Shown here piece by piece: positions 1 through 8,971 of a stretch of 64,000 nucleotides of DNA. The translations under genes and the position numbers were made by a program. The notes beneath the pieces are model-generated. The model was given only the letters and a program-made list of their open reading frames with translations, was not told where the DNA came from and ran no database searches. Each line of letters starts with the position of its first letter. Within the stretch, counting starts at the first letter, position 1. The stretch comes from an uncultured Flavobacteriales bacterium (GTDB taxonomy: Bacteria > Bacteroidota > Bacteroidia > Flavobacteriales > UBA7430): positions 165,985 through 229,984 of the forward strand of contig CALSTU010000003.1 in NCBI GenBank assembly GCA_943789355.1, written 5' to 3'.

Positions 1-1
1 T

Positions 2-1039
2 TATTTTTTAGAGTATTTAGCATCTAACAAAGATCATAATTATGAGTTGAAAGTACTGGTTAAGGATAAATCTCTTTTTGATAGGCTCTATCTTTTGTAT
101 CCTGACATCACCCATTATGCAAAAAGTTTATCCGGTCTGAATCTCTTTCTCAAAACAAAAAACTTGGTCATTTCTCACGGCTCAGATGCTTCTTATTTTT
201 TCCCATATTACTTAGATGTAAAGTCAAAAAATATCATCAATTTATGGCATGGTATCCCACTTAAACGCCTGAGCTTACAAGTGAAAGGTATTCGTGAATC
301 AAAGACAAGAAATAGATTTCAAAAATTTAGTTCTATATGTGCTGCATCCACATTTGAACAGTTTCTTCTTGCTTCTTGTTTTGACATGCATATAGATGAT
401 GTGTGGGTGACGGGTACCCCCAGAAACGATTATTTACTTCACCCCAATAACGATTTAGTAAAGAATCACGTCTATCTGAATAAAAAAGTAATTCTTTATG
501 CGCCTACCTGGCGTGAGTATGGAGAACGTTCTTCATTTTTCCCTTTTGAGGATAAAGATTTGGAAGGTTTAAATGCTTTTTTAGAAACACAGGATGCATA
601 TTTGTTAATGAGAGGCCATCGGGAAGAAATGGAGCGGATAGCCGATAACTATGGAGAGCATAAGTTAAGTAGAATCTTACCTGCCCATCAGGAAATTTTT
701 CCGGATGCACAACGGTTACTTGCTCATGTAGATTTATTGGTAACGGATTACTCGTCGATTTATTTAGATTTTATTCTGCTTGATAAACCGATGATTTTCA
801 TACCGTATGATTTGGAAGCATATCAGTCCTATAGAGGTTTCTTATTCGATTATGATTCACATACACCTGGCGATAAGGTGTTTTCGCAAGCTGAATTTGT
901 CGAAAGTTTAGGGCTTGCATTTAATGATCCTCAGCGCGATGCCTCTGAGAGAGCTCGCGTCAGAAAAATATTTCATAAATATATAGATGGTCAGTCATCA
1001 GGTCGAATAGTTGCTCAGATAAATAAAATGAATAGCTAA
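2..1039 (+). CDS. CDP-glycerol/polyol-phosphate glycerophosphotransferase family protein (TagB/TagF-like), 5' end cut by window edge
   Basis: The frame is open from nt 2, so the TTG at 47 in the ORF track is not the true start. Motifs WHGIPLKRL, YAPTWRE and DYSSIYLDFILLDKPMIFIPYD fit TagF-type transferases. The stop overlaps the next start (TAATG). Confidence 0.8.
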   Translation, partial: YFLEYLASNKDHNYELKVLVKDKSLFDRLYLLYPDITHYAKSLSGLNLFLKTKNLVISHGSDASYFFPYYLDVKSKNIINLWHGIPLKRLSLQVKGIRESKTRNRFQKFSSICAASTFEQFLLASCFDMHIDDVWVTGTPRNDYLLHPNNDLVKNHVYLNKKVILYAPTWREYGERSSFFPFEDKDLEGLNAFLETQDAYLLMRGHREEMERIADNYGEHKLSRILPAHQEIFPDAQRLLAHVDLLVTDYSSIYLDFILLDKPMIFIPYDLEAYQSYRGFLFDYDSHTPGDKVFSQAEFVESLGLAFNDPQRDASERARVRKIFHKYIDGQSSGRIVAQINKMNS

Positions 1040-2514
1040 TGGGTGTCGTTCAAAAACAAGGAACAAGAGTGGCTTATGTGAGTTTTTTAGGCGTGGTTGT
1101 AGGCGCGCTAAACACCATGTTTGTATACCCGAATGTTTTGGGCGCCGAACGACATGGCTTGATAATGCTTATCTTAACAATTGCTTCTGTAATTGCCCAG
1201 TTCGCACACTTAGGAATCCCCAATACCATCATACGTTTTTTCCCCTATTTAAAAGATCAGAAAAAATACATTTATCGATTGGCTTTGCAGATTCCGTTAA
1301 TGTCTTTAACACTATTCTTTTTGGGAGCTTTTTTATTTGGCGATTATTTTTATCACAGTTATGCGAACAAGAATCCACTATTTGACCAACATCAACCTCT
1401 TCTAATCCCTTTGGTTGCTTCGCTGGTGTTTTTTGAAGTTTTGTTGAGTATTTCTAGATCTGAGTTGAAGACTGTTTTCCCAGCCGTTTTAAGGGAGTTT
1501 GTATTGAGAGTCATGACGTTTCTTCTTTTGGGTGTTTATTTCATGAGTTGGATTGATTTTGATCAGTTTGTATATATTTGGCTTTCTCTTTACGGGCTTA
1601 ATGTCTTCCTGTTTTCCATTTATTTGTTTCGCTCTAATCATTTAAAATTTGAGTTTGGTTTTCCTCTCCTGCCTGAAAGCACGTTGGCTAAAAAAATGTT
1701 TCACTATGCTGGTATTACATTATTAACATCTTCGGCAGCCATATTGGTTAATAGAATTGATGTGTTGATGCTGGGGCATTATTTAAAGCTTGAAAATATA
1801 GCGTTTTATACGGTAGCCTTTTTTATGGCTACCCTTATTGAAATTCCAGCAAGATCTATTTTGCAAATTGTTAAACCATTGCTTGCAAAGGCATGGTCGG
1901 ATGGGGATATGAGAGAGATTGCCTCTCTTTATAAGAAAACATCTATCAACCAGATGATTGTTGGCTTATTGATTTTTATAGGCATTTGGATGAGTATTGA
2001 TGATGTTCTGACTTTCGTCCCTGAGAAATATCAGGGCATCCAAATGGTGTTCTTTTATGTGGGATTGGCAAAATTAATAGATGTGTCAGCTGGAGTTAAC
2101 GGAACCATCATAGCGACATCTGATAAGTACCGATTTGATCTGTATATTAATTTGATTTTGATTTTGGTTACTGTAGTAACGAATGTCATTTTTATTCCTA
2201 GATATGGAATTGAGGGTGCGGCTATGGCAACTGCCATAGCTATATTGATTCATAATGTGGTAAAGACCCTTGTTTTATATTCTTTTTATAAAATCCAACC
2301 CTTTCAAAGGGCTACTTTAAAATTGCTTGCAATAGCTCTGGTAACTTTTTTTATCGTAGAATTTATTTCTTTTGATGGTATTCAAGTAGTGTGGTTAAGA
2401 ATCCTATTAAGATCCTTGTTGACCTCTTTACTATTTTCTCTAGCTGTTTTGGGACTCTCAATCAGTGAAGATGTAAATGCATTATTTAAAAAGTACATTC
2501 GTTTTTATAAGTAG
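1039..2514 (+). CDS. polysaccharide flippase / PST-family exporter (Wzx-like, MOP superfamily)
   Basis: 491 aa, hydrophobic throughout with many predicted helices. It is translationally coupled to the TagF-like gene and lies in a polysaccharide-locus context. Confidence 0.7.
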   Translation: MGVVQKQGTRVAYVSFLGVVVGALNTMFVYPNVLGAERHGLIMLILTIASVIAQFAHLGIPNTIIRFFPYLKDQKKYIYRLALQIPLMSLTLFFLGAFLFGDYFYHSYANKNPLFDQHQPLLIPLVASLVFFEVLLSISRSELKTVFPAVLREFVLRVMTFLLLGVYFMSWIDFDQFVYIWLSLYGLNVFLFSIYLFRSNHLKFEFGFPLLPESTLAKKMFHYAGITLLTSSAAILVNRIDVLMLGHYLKLENIAFYTVAFFMATLIEIPARSILQIVKPLLAKAWSDGDMREIASLYKKTSINQMIVGLLIFIGIWMSIDDVLTFVPEKYQGIQMVFFYVGLAKLIDVSAGVNGTIIATSDKYRFDLYINLILILVTVVTNVIFIPRYGIEGAAMATAIAILIHNVVKTLVLYSFYKIQPFQRATLKLLAIALVTFFIVEFISFDGIQVVWLRILLRSLLTSLLFSLAVLGLSISEDVNALFKKYIRFYK

Positions 2515-2636
2515 GAGATATGTCATCACCATTTTTGCTGTTGGAGTCATGGCCTTGTTGTCTTTGTGAAAGTTGATTAACTTTTTATTCAATTTGTTAA
2601 AACGTCTATATTTACAATAAATTAATCGGCCCCACC

Positions 2637-3462
2637 ATGAACAAATTGCTTCCAAATTTTTTGGTTGTAGGAGCTATGAAAGCTGGATCTACAACTTTAA
2701 TGGATTATTTAGTTAGTCATCACGAAGTTGGAATCCCTGATGAAGAAATCAATTACTTTGATAAGATCTAAATTATAACAAAGGAGTAGATTGGTACTCT
2801 AATTGGTTTAAAAATTATGCACCAAAAAAGGTCATTGGAGAAAAAACTCCTGCATATTGCTATGATCCCAAAGCTGCAAGACGCATGTATGAGCAAAACC
2901 CAAACATGAAGCTTGTTTGGATTCTTCGCAACCCCGTAAAAAGAACCTATTCTAATTACTGGCACTATATTAGGATTGGTAAAGAAATATTAACTGTTGA
3001 GGAGAGCTTAAGGCTAGAAGATGAACGTGTTAAAAAGGATATTTATAAAGGGTATTTTAGATGAAGTGTTTATGCGGATCAGATAGAGCGTTTTTTGGAG
3101 TATTTTACTATGGATCAAATGCACTTTATTATTTTTGAGGAATTTATTGAAAATCCTGATAAAGGTTTAAACGACTATCAGAGTTTTTAGGTATAACTTC
3201 AACAAACTTTACACAGAAACCTTTGGTTTCAAATAAAGAGTACAAACCGCTTTGCATTTCTGCATAATACTATGCCCGCCAATGGTTTGGCTATGGGTTT
3301 GTCCATAAGGTAGTTCACAACCTTAATAAGTGGCTTGGAACTAATTACACTCCAATTAATGAGAAATTAGCCCAAACTTTGTATTTGAAGTTTGAGCCTG
3401 AGAATAATAGATTGGAGAGATTATTGGATCGAGATTTATCCTTTTGGAATAAGAAAAAGTAA
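2637..3462 (+). pseudogene. sulfotransferase-family pseudogene (at least 2 frameshifts and 2 in-frame stops)
   Basis: ATG at 2637 gives MNKLLPNFLVVGAMKAGSTTLMDYL (PAPS-binding P-loop of sulfotransferases) and then TAA at 2769. Homology continues in another frame from about 2765 (LNYNKGVDWYSNWF...WILRNPVKRTYSNYWH), is hit by in-frame TGA at 3062-3064, and continues (SVYADQIERFLEYF...IIFEEFIENP). A second frameshift lies near 3185 (FLGITSTNF), followed by in-frame TAA at 3265-3267. The final stop is at 3460-3462 (...LERLLDRDLSFWNKKK). Confidence 0.85.
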
Positions 3463-3476
3463 TATCTAATGATAAT

Positions 3477-3509
3477 AAAAAAGCCTTCGTAATGTTACGA
3501 AGGCTTTTT
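3477..3509. terminator. bidirectional intrinsic terminator hairpin
   Basis: aaaaaaGCCTTCGT-aatgtt-ACGAAGGCttttt: an 8-bp GC-containing stem flanked by an A-tract and a T-tract. It lies between the sulfotransferase relic (+) and the 3' end of the tRNA operon (-). Confidence 0.7.
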
Positions 3510-3510
3510 G

Positions 3511-3583
3511 TGACTTGGCTGGGGCTCGAACCCAGGACCCTCTCCTTAAAAGGGAGATGCTCTACCAACTGAGCTACCAAGTC
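3511..3583 (-). tRNA. tRNA-Lys (anticodon UUU), copy 2
   Basis: Reverse complement folds as GACTTGG-TA-GCTC-AGTTGGTA-GAGC-A-TCTCC-CTTTTAA-GGAGA-GGGTC-CTGGG-TTCGAGC-CCCAG-CCAAGTC-A, 73 nt. CCA is not encoded. Confidence 0.95.
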
Positions 3584-3603
3584 AAAACGAGGTATGTGTA
3601 AAG

Positions 3604-3676
3604 TGACTTGGCTGGGGCTCGAACCCAGGACCCTCTCCTTAAAAGGGAGATGCTCTACCAACTGAGCTACCAAGTC
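3604..3676 (-). tRNA. tRNA-Lys (anticodon UUU), copy 1
   Basis: Sequence identical to the 3511..3583 copy, 93 nt upstream of it on the minus strand. Confidence 0.95.
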
Positions 3677-3688
3677 AAAATTTCAATG

Positions 3689-3771
3689 TGCCTAGAACAG
3701 GAATCGAACCTGCACGACCAAAGGTCATACGCCCCTCAAGCGTACGCGTCTACCAATTCCGCCACCTAGGC
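3689..3771 (-). tRNA. tRNA-Leu (anticodon GAG)
   Basis: Reverse complement is GCCTAGG-TG-...-TACGC-TTGAGGG-GCGTA, followed by a long variable arm (GACC-TTT-GGTC), T-arm GCAGG-TTCGATT-CCTGT and acceptor TCTAGGC-A. Total 83 nt, class II tRNA. Confidence 0.93.
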
Positions 3772-3812
3772 ATTGTTGATCGTTATGCTGCCTTGCTTTG
3801 TGAAAAGCGATG

Positions 3813-3820
3813 CAAATATA
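3813..3820 (-). promoter_or_regulatory. Bacteroidota-type -7 box (TATATTTG) for the tRNA-Leu/Lys/Lys operon
   Basis: Plus strand caaatata is TATATTTG on the minus strand, an exact match to TAnnTTTG, about 42 nt upstream of the tRNA-Leu 5' end. Confidence 0.45.
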
Positions 3821-3892
3821 AGGTCATTATTTTACAAGACCATACGTCTTTTGAAGTTTTATTCTGTTTTTTTAGTATTCTGTAAATCTTGC

Positions 3893-5059
3893 TTATTCAA
3901 TGATTGGTGAACGTTCAAAAATTGCATTTTCATCAAATAGCTTGCGGTAGGTCTTGAGATCGTGATAGCTTTTTGCACCCATTGATTTGCTGATGTGTAT
4001 CATTTTCGGGTTGAAGTCTCCTATCCAAGTCATAATCACCTTTTTATAGTTAGGACGTTTGGTCCGTAAATGCTCTGCGGCAGCGTTTAGTATGTAAGAT
4101 TCCATACCCAGACCCTGAAATTTTGGAGTGACTCCAAACACGATTCCCCAAACATATTTTGGTTTGCTGAACAACTTTTGCAACAGGAATTTTAGTTTAC
4201 CCCACAAGTTAAAGTTTCCATTGGTGACTTTAAAATACTGATTTAGTTCGGGTAGCATGATGACAAAAGAGATGGGTTTGTTCTTGTAATAGGCGTACCA
4301 AATCAAGTCGGTCTCCATTACAGGTTTTATTTTTCGCATCATAGCCATGGCTTGTTTGCTTGACATTTCTTTGAAATTATCGTGTGTTACCCAAGCTGAG
4401 TTGTACACCTCTCTAAAATCTTCGGCATACTTTTCTAGGTTGTTTTTGTTGATGCTTTCAAGTTTGTAATCCTTGTTCAGTTTGATTCGCTCAAATTTAT
4501 TGATGTATTTTTCAGGTAATTTTTGAGTGAGTGGCATTATGAAGTTGTGCTGATTGAAGTAGGTTTGGAAACCGTAGTTCTCGAAAAATCCTTGATAGTA
4601 AGAAGGGTTGTAGCTATTCGCATAGATAGGCGGATGTTCAAATCCATTGACCAACAAACCCCAATAACGATCCTTTTCACCAAAATTTACGGGCCCGTCC
4701 ATGGCTTCCATGCCTTGATCTGTCAGCCAATTTTTACAGGCATCAAACAACGTAAAGGCTGCTTTTTCATCATCGATACATTCAAAGAAACCCATTCCTC
4801 CGGTGGCTTGTTTAAATGTGTGTGCTTTTTTGCCATCTACAAATGCAGCCACCCTACCTATGGTTTCTCCGTGGTTGTTTTCTAGTAGAAATCGGATTGC
4901 TGATCCGTCCGTGAAAAAGTTGTTTTTTTTTGGGTCAAAAACGGCTTCTACTTCTTGTTTTATATGTGAAATCCAGTTGGTGTCTTTCTTGTAAATCAAG
5001 TGGGGGACTTGATGGAATTTTTTTACTTCAATTGAATTAGAAACTTCAACGATCTTCAT
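3893..5059 (-). CDS. GNAT-fold acyltransferase-like protein, conserved Bacteroidota family of unknown function
   Basis: C-terminal VFGVTPKFQGLGMESYILNAAAEHL resembles GNAT motif A (Q/RxxGxG). I prefer the ATG at 5059 (MKIVEVSN...) to the upstream ATG at 5116 used by the ORF track. The function call is weak. Confidence 0.5.
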   Translation of the reverse strand: MKIVEVSNSIEVKKFHQVPHLIYKKDTNWISHIKQEVEAVFDPKKNNFFTDGSAIRFLLENNHGETIGRVAAFVDGKKAHTFKQATGGMGFFECIDDEKAAFTLFDACKNWLTDQGMEAMDGPVNFGEKDRYWGLLVNGFEHPPIYANSYNPSYYQGFFENYGFQTYFNQHNFIMPLTQKLPEKYINKFERIKLNKDYKLESINKNNLEKYAEDFREVYNSAWVTHDNFKEMSSKQAMAMMRKIKPVMETDLIWYAYYKNKPISFVIMLPELNQYFKVTNGNFNLWGKLKFLLQKLFSKPKYVWGIVFGVTPKFQGLGMESYILNAAAEHLRTKRPNYKKVIMTWIGDFNPKMIHISKSMGAKSYHDLKTYRKLFDENAIFERSPIIE

Positions 5060-5139
5060 GCTTTGGGCTTTAGATGTGGTGATTAATTTTATCTTTGTTT
5101 CTGTATTGATATGCAATTTTACAATTTAAAAAGCAATGC

Positions 5140-5946
5140 ATGAAAAATAAGCTCGTAATTGTTACGGGGGCTTCCTCGGGAATCGGAAAGGCTTGTGCCA
5201 TTGAATTTGCTCAGAAAGGAGCTAACGTGGTTTTGGTGGCACGTTCACAATCAAAGTTGGAAGAACTTGCTGTGCAGATTTCATCTTATGGAGTTCAGGT
5301 ACTTTCTGTGGTTGCTGATGTAAGTCGTGAAGAAGATTGTAAAAAAATGGTAGAAAAGGCACTCCTTAAATTTGGTAAAATTGATGTTTTGGTAAATAAT
5401 GCAGGTATTTCAATGCGGGCGTCGTTTTCTGATATTGATGTTTCGGTGCTTAAAAAAGTGATGGACGTTAATTTTTGGGGTACGGTATATTGTACCCGTT
5501 ACGCCTTAGCGAGTATTATTGAGAATAAGGGTTCCGTTGTTGGGGTTTCCTCAATTGCGGGCTATAAAGGTTTGCCCGGAAGAACGGGGTATTCGTCATC
5601 AAAGTTTGCCATGCATGGCTTTCTGGAGTCTTTGCGTTTAGAAAATTTGAGTCATGGATTGCATGTTTTAATTGCGTGTCCTGGATTTACAGCTTCTAAC
5701 ATACGTAACACGGCTTTAACGGGTGATGGAACCTCTCAGGGAGAAACACCCAGAGATGAGCAAAAAATGATGCAGCCTGAAGAGGTTGCCGCTTATATCG
5801 TTAATGCTGTAGTAAAGAGAAGAGATCGGTTGACATTGACCTTTAATGGCAAGCTAACCGTTTTGTTGAATAAGTTTTTCCCTAAGTGGGTTGATAAGTT
5901 AGTCTACAACCACATGCGTAAGGAAGTTGATGCCCCTTTTAAATGA
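5140..5946 (+). CDS. classical short-chain dehydrogenase/reductase (SDR)
   Basis: TGASSGIG cofactor motif, NNAG, and catalytic Ser...YSSSK all present. ATGA overlap with aroK. Confidence 0.85.
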   Translation: MKNKLVIVTGASSGIGKACAIEFAQKGANVVLVARSQSKLEELAVQISSYGVQVLSVVADVSREEDCKKMVEKALLKFGKIDVLVNNAGISMRASFSDIDVSVLKKVMDVNFWGTVYCTRYALASIIENKGSVVGVSSIAGYKGLPGRTGYSSSKFAMHGFLESLRLENLSHGLHVLIACPGFTASNIRNTALTGDGTSQGETPRDEQKMMQPEEVAAYIVNAVVKRRDRLTLTFNGKLTVLLNKFFPKWVDKLVYNHMRKEVDAPFK

Positions 5947-6452
5947 AAGTTATACTTGTAGGATATATGGGCTCTGGGAAGAGTGTTGTGGCTAGAAAGT
6001 TAGCCGAACTACTCGGTTATCAATTCATTGATACCGATGAATGGATTGAAGCGAGAGCTTGTAAAACAATTCCTGATATTTTCTCTGAAGACGGTGAAGA
6101 TGTCTTTAGACAAAAAGAAAAAGAATGTCTTGAATTTTTGATAGATCATGACGATGTGGTTTTATCCACTGGTGGTGGTATGCCCTGTTACAACCAGGCT
6201 ATTGAGTTGATGGTTGAATTGGGTGAAACGATTTATTTAGATGCCAGTATCGAAACGTTAACATCTCGCTTGTGGACCGCGAAATCAGGAAGACCTATTC
6301 TCAAAGATTTCAAAGATAAAAATGAATTAAAAGTCTTTATTTCAAAACATCTTTCTGAGCGTGCAGACTGTTATCAAAAATCAAAGTATTGCATACGTGT
6401 TGACGATAAGTCTGTGGAGACCATTGCTCAAGAGATAAAATCAGCTCTTTGA
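5943..6452 (+). CDS. aroK: shikimate kinase
   Basis: 169 aa with Walker A GYMGSGKS, FIDTD and the GGG motif (STGGGMP). Confidence 0.9.
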   Translation: MKVILVGYMGSGKSVVARKLAELLGYQFIDTDEWIEARACKTIPDIFSEDGEDVFRQKEKECLEFLIDHDDVVLSTGGGMPCYNQAIELMVELGETIYLDASIETLTSRLWTAKSGRPILKDFKDKNELKVFISKHLSERADCYQKSKYCIRVDDKSVETIAQEIKSAL

Positions 6453-6487
6453 TTTAACGCGAAGTTTTTCAGTTTTTAGAATCCTTT

Positions 6488-7738
6488 TTATTCGTATCGT
6501 AAGGCTTTTATTGGGCTTACCTTTTCAATAAGTATCGATGGGATAATGAGCATGCTCATGCATATGATGATGCTGGAGATATTGATCATTGCCCAATTCT
6601 CTGGAGACATGAGGACGGGAAGTGATTTTACATAATAGTGCTCGGGGTCCAGTTGTATGGGAGCAAAAAAGTACTGTATCCCAATTAAAAAGAGCCCAAT
6701 GGTGTTTCCAAGGATCAAGCCTTTACGAAGCAGGTAAAAAGCGTGATAAAGAAATATTTTTTTGATTGATATTTGAGTTGCACCTAGTGCTTTCAATAAG
6801 CCGATCATTTTTGTTCTTTCTAGTATGATGATGAGAAGGGAACAGATCATGTTGATGCAAGCTACGATGACCATGATCAGCAAGATGATAGCGATATTCA
6901 TATCAAAGAGTTTGATCCAGTCAAAAATTTGCGAATAATTATCTCTAGCGCTTATGATGCGTGTATCGAACGGACTGTTGTTTTCAACTTCAGTGAGAAC
7001 GTTCTGACTGTCATGTCCTTTTTTTATTTTAAGTTCTATGGCGCTGCATTGATTGTCAGACCAACGATTCATTTTTCTTAAATGTTGTTGGTCAACAAAG
7101 ACATAATAGTCATCAAACAATTCGATACCTGTCTCATAAATACCTTCAATACTGAATTTTCGGACAAAGGGTTGGTTGTGGTTCTTTCCTTGAAAATAAA
7201 ATAGGGCTTCTTGATTAACTCCCAGGCTTAGTTTCTGACTTAAGTTCTTTGAGATAACAACCTGATTGCTTTTTTTGGAATCAGAATACTTAGGATGCGT
7301 TCCGTCAATAATATGGTTCTGAATGAAACTCCAATCAAAGTTTTCATTGACGCCTTTTGCAATGATTCCTTCAAATTCGGTATCTGTCTTTATGAGACCA
7401 TTTTTAGTGATTTGTGTTTGGATGCGCTCCACACCATCTATGTTGTGAAGTCTATGAATTAGAGCACTGTCAGCGACAATTGGAGCAACTTCCAAAGATT
7501 GATTTAAGTCTAAAACAGTTACTTGAATATCAGATGTAAATCCGGTAACTTTAGCACTGATTTTTTCTTGCAAACCTTTCCCGGTAGCAATCGCTAAAAT
7601 CATAACTGTGATGCTTAAGCTTACCGCAGCAATGGCCATTTTCAAAATAGGTTTTGAGATGGAATGCTGAAGATTTTTTTCGGTGTGTAGGCGTTTCGCT
7701 ACAAATTTTTCAAAATTCAAGTGGCTATGCTTTATCAA
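6488..7738 (-). CDS. FtsX/LolE-family ABC transporter permease
   Basis: N-terminal helix, large periplasmic domain, then three C-terminal helices (LLKALGAT...). The track start is a TTG. A TTG at 7720 giving MNFEKFVAKR is an equally plausible start. No ATPase gene is adjacent. Confidence 0.75.
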   Translation of the reverse strand: MIKHSHLNFEKFVAKRLHTEKNLQHSISKPILKMAIAAVSLSITVMILAIATGKGLQEKISAKVTGFTSDIQVTVLDLNQSLEVAPIVADSALIHRLHNIDGVERIQTQITKNGLIKTDTEFEGIIAKGVNENFDWSFIQNHIIDGTHPKYSDSKKSNQVVISKNLSQKLSLGVNQEALFYFQGKNHNQPFVRKFSIEGIYETGIELFDDYYVFVDQQHLRKMNRWSDNQCSAIELKIKKGHDSQNVLTEVENNSPFDTRIISARDNYSQIFDWIKLFDMNIAIILLIMVIVACINMICSLLIIILERTKMIGLLKALGATQISIKKIFLYHAFYLLRKGLILGNTIGLFLIGIQYFFAPIQLDPEHYYVKSLPVLMSPENWAMINISSIIICMSMLIIPSILIEKVSPIKALRYE

Positions 7739-7759
7739 TGTGTTTCCAAATATACTAAA

Positions 7760-8911
7760 ATGAAGTTATTGATGGGCTTCATTCTTGTGATGCTATTTTC
7801 TTGCCAGGCCCAACAATCATCCGGTAACATGATTACTGGAGCAGCTCAAGTAAATAGTTATTTACCTCTTTTGAAAGGTAAAAACATTGCTGTTGTCGCA
7901 AATCAAACCTCTGTGGTTGATGATATTCATTTGGTGGACACTTTACTTGCTCGATCTGTAGCGATAACTAAGGTATTCGCTCCTGAGCATGGTTTCAGAG
8001 GTGCTGCAGATGCAGGTGCGGCGTTTGGTCATACAACAGATCTAAAAACAGGAATTCCAATATTATCCCTTTACGGGAAAACCAAAAAACCGACGAAAGC
8101 ATTTTTAGAGGGTGTTGATTTGATAATTTTTGACATTCAAGATGTGGGGGCTCGATTTTACACTTATATTTCTACATTACATTACGTTATGGAAGCATGT
8201 GCAGAAAATTCCATTCCGTTGTTGGTCCTAGATAGACCAAACCCCAACGGTCACTATATGGATGGCCCTGTTTTAGATACGTCCTACCAATCCTTTGTTG
8301 GAATGCATCCGATTCCTATCGTTCACGGGATGACTCTTGCGGAGTATGCTCAAATGATAAATGGAGAATTTTGGCTACGTGATTCTTTACAATGTATGTT
8401 GAAGTTACAGCCGATGTTGAATTACAGTCGATACAAGCCTTACACTTTGCCTATAAAACCCTCGCCAAACTTACCCAACTCTCAATCTGTTTCTTTATAC
8501 CCTTCTTTGTGTTTTTTTGAAGGAACAGATGTTAGCGTTGGAAGGGGTACTTTAAAACAATTTCAGGTGATTGGCTCTCCAAAATTAGATTCGTGTTCAT
8601 ACGTTTTCACTCCGATATCTCGTGATGGGGCGAAATTCCCTAAACATGAGAATGCTGTATGCTGTGGCTGGAATCTTAGTAGTTTCAAACCCGAGGATGG
8701 AATTCATTTGGATTTTCTGATTGAGTGTTATCATCAGTATAGTTCCAAAGGTGTTGCGTTTTTTAATTCCTTTTTTGACAAATTAGCTGGGTCAAACAAG
8801 TTGCGTATCCAGATTGAATCTGGATGGACATCAAATCAAATCAAAGACAGCTGGAAAGTTGGATTGGAGCACTTTAAAAATAAAAGAGCCAAGTATTTAA
8901 TTTACCCTTAA
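7760..8911 (+). CDS. namZ: DUF1343 family protein (exo-beta-N-acetylmuramidase NamZ-like), lipoprotein-type signal
   Basis: ATG at 7760 gives MKLLMGFILVMLFSCQAQ. Family blocks present: VVANQTSV, FAPEHGFRG, LIIFDIQDVGARFYTYISTL, LDRPNP. Confidence 0.75.
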   Translation: MKLLMGFILVMLFSCQAQQSSGNMITGAAQVNSYLPLLKGKNIAVVANQTSVVDDIHLVDTLLARSVAITKVFAPEHGFRGAADAGAAFGHTTDLKTGIPILSLYGKTKKPTKAFLEGVDLIIFDIQDVGARFYTYISTLHYVMEACAENSIPLLVLDRPNPNGHYMDGPVLDTSYQSFVGMHPIPIVHGMTLAEYAQMINGEFWLRDSLQCMLKLQPMLNYSRYKPYTLPIKPSPNLPNSQSVSLYPSLCFFEGTDVSVGRGTLKQFQVIGSPKLDSCSYVFTPISRDGAKFPKHENAVCCGWNLSSFKPEDGIHLDFLIECYHQYSSKGVAFFNSFFDKLAGSNKLRIQIESGWTSNQIKDSWKVGLEHFKNKRAKYLIYP

Positions 8912-8971
8912 GTTGCCAACAACAAGTTGAAGGGATTTTAGCCACAAGTGTTTGCCAAAGGCTAGGGGGCT

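Larger units (their letters stand above)
3511..3676 (-). repeat. tandem duplication of the tRNA-Lys(UUU) gene (93-nt period)
   Basis: Two identical 73-nt tRNA sequences separated by a 20-nt spacer. Confidence 0.9.

Noticed and set aside
3062-3064. In-frame TGA in the sulfotransferase as possible selenocysteine or stop-codon recoding.
   Set aside because: The same gene also carries two frameshifts and an in-frame TAA. TGA is used as an ordinary stop by neighbouring genes (for example the SDR at 5944-5946 and kynU).
3511-3676. Direct repeats with regular spacing that could be mistaken for a mini CRISPR array.
   Set aside because: There are only two copies and each folds as a complete tRNA-Lys. 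No cas genes are present and no further repeats occur.
3356-3885. Track ORFs 3356..3673 (-) and 3688..3885 (+), the first containing a repeated peptide VAQLVEHLPFKERVLGSSPSQVT.
   Set aside because: They are translations of the tRNA-Lys, tRNA-Lys and tRNA-Leu genes. The peptide repeat simply mirrors the tRNA duplication.
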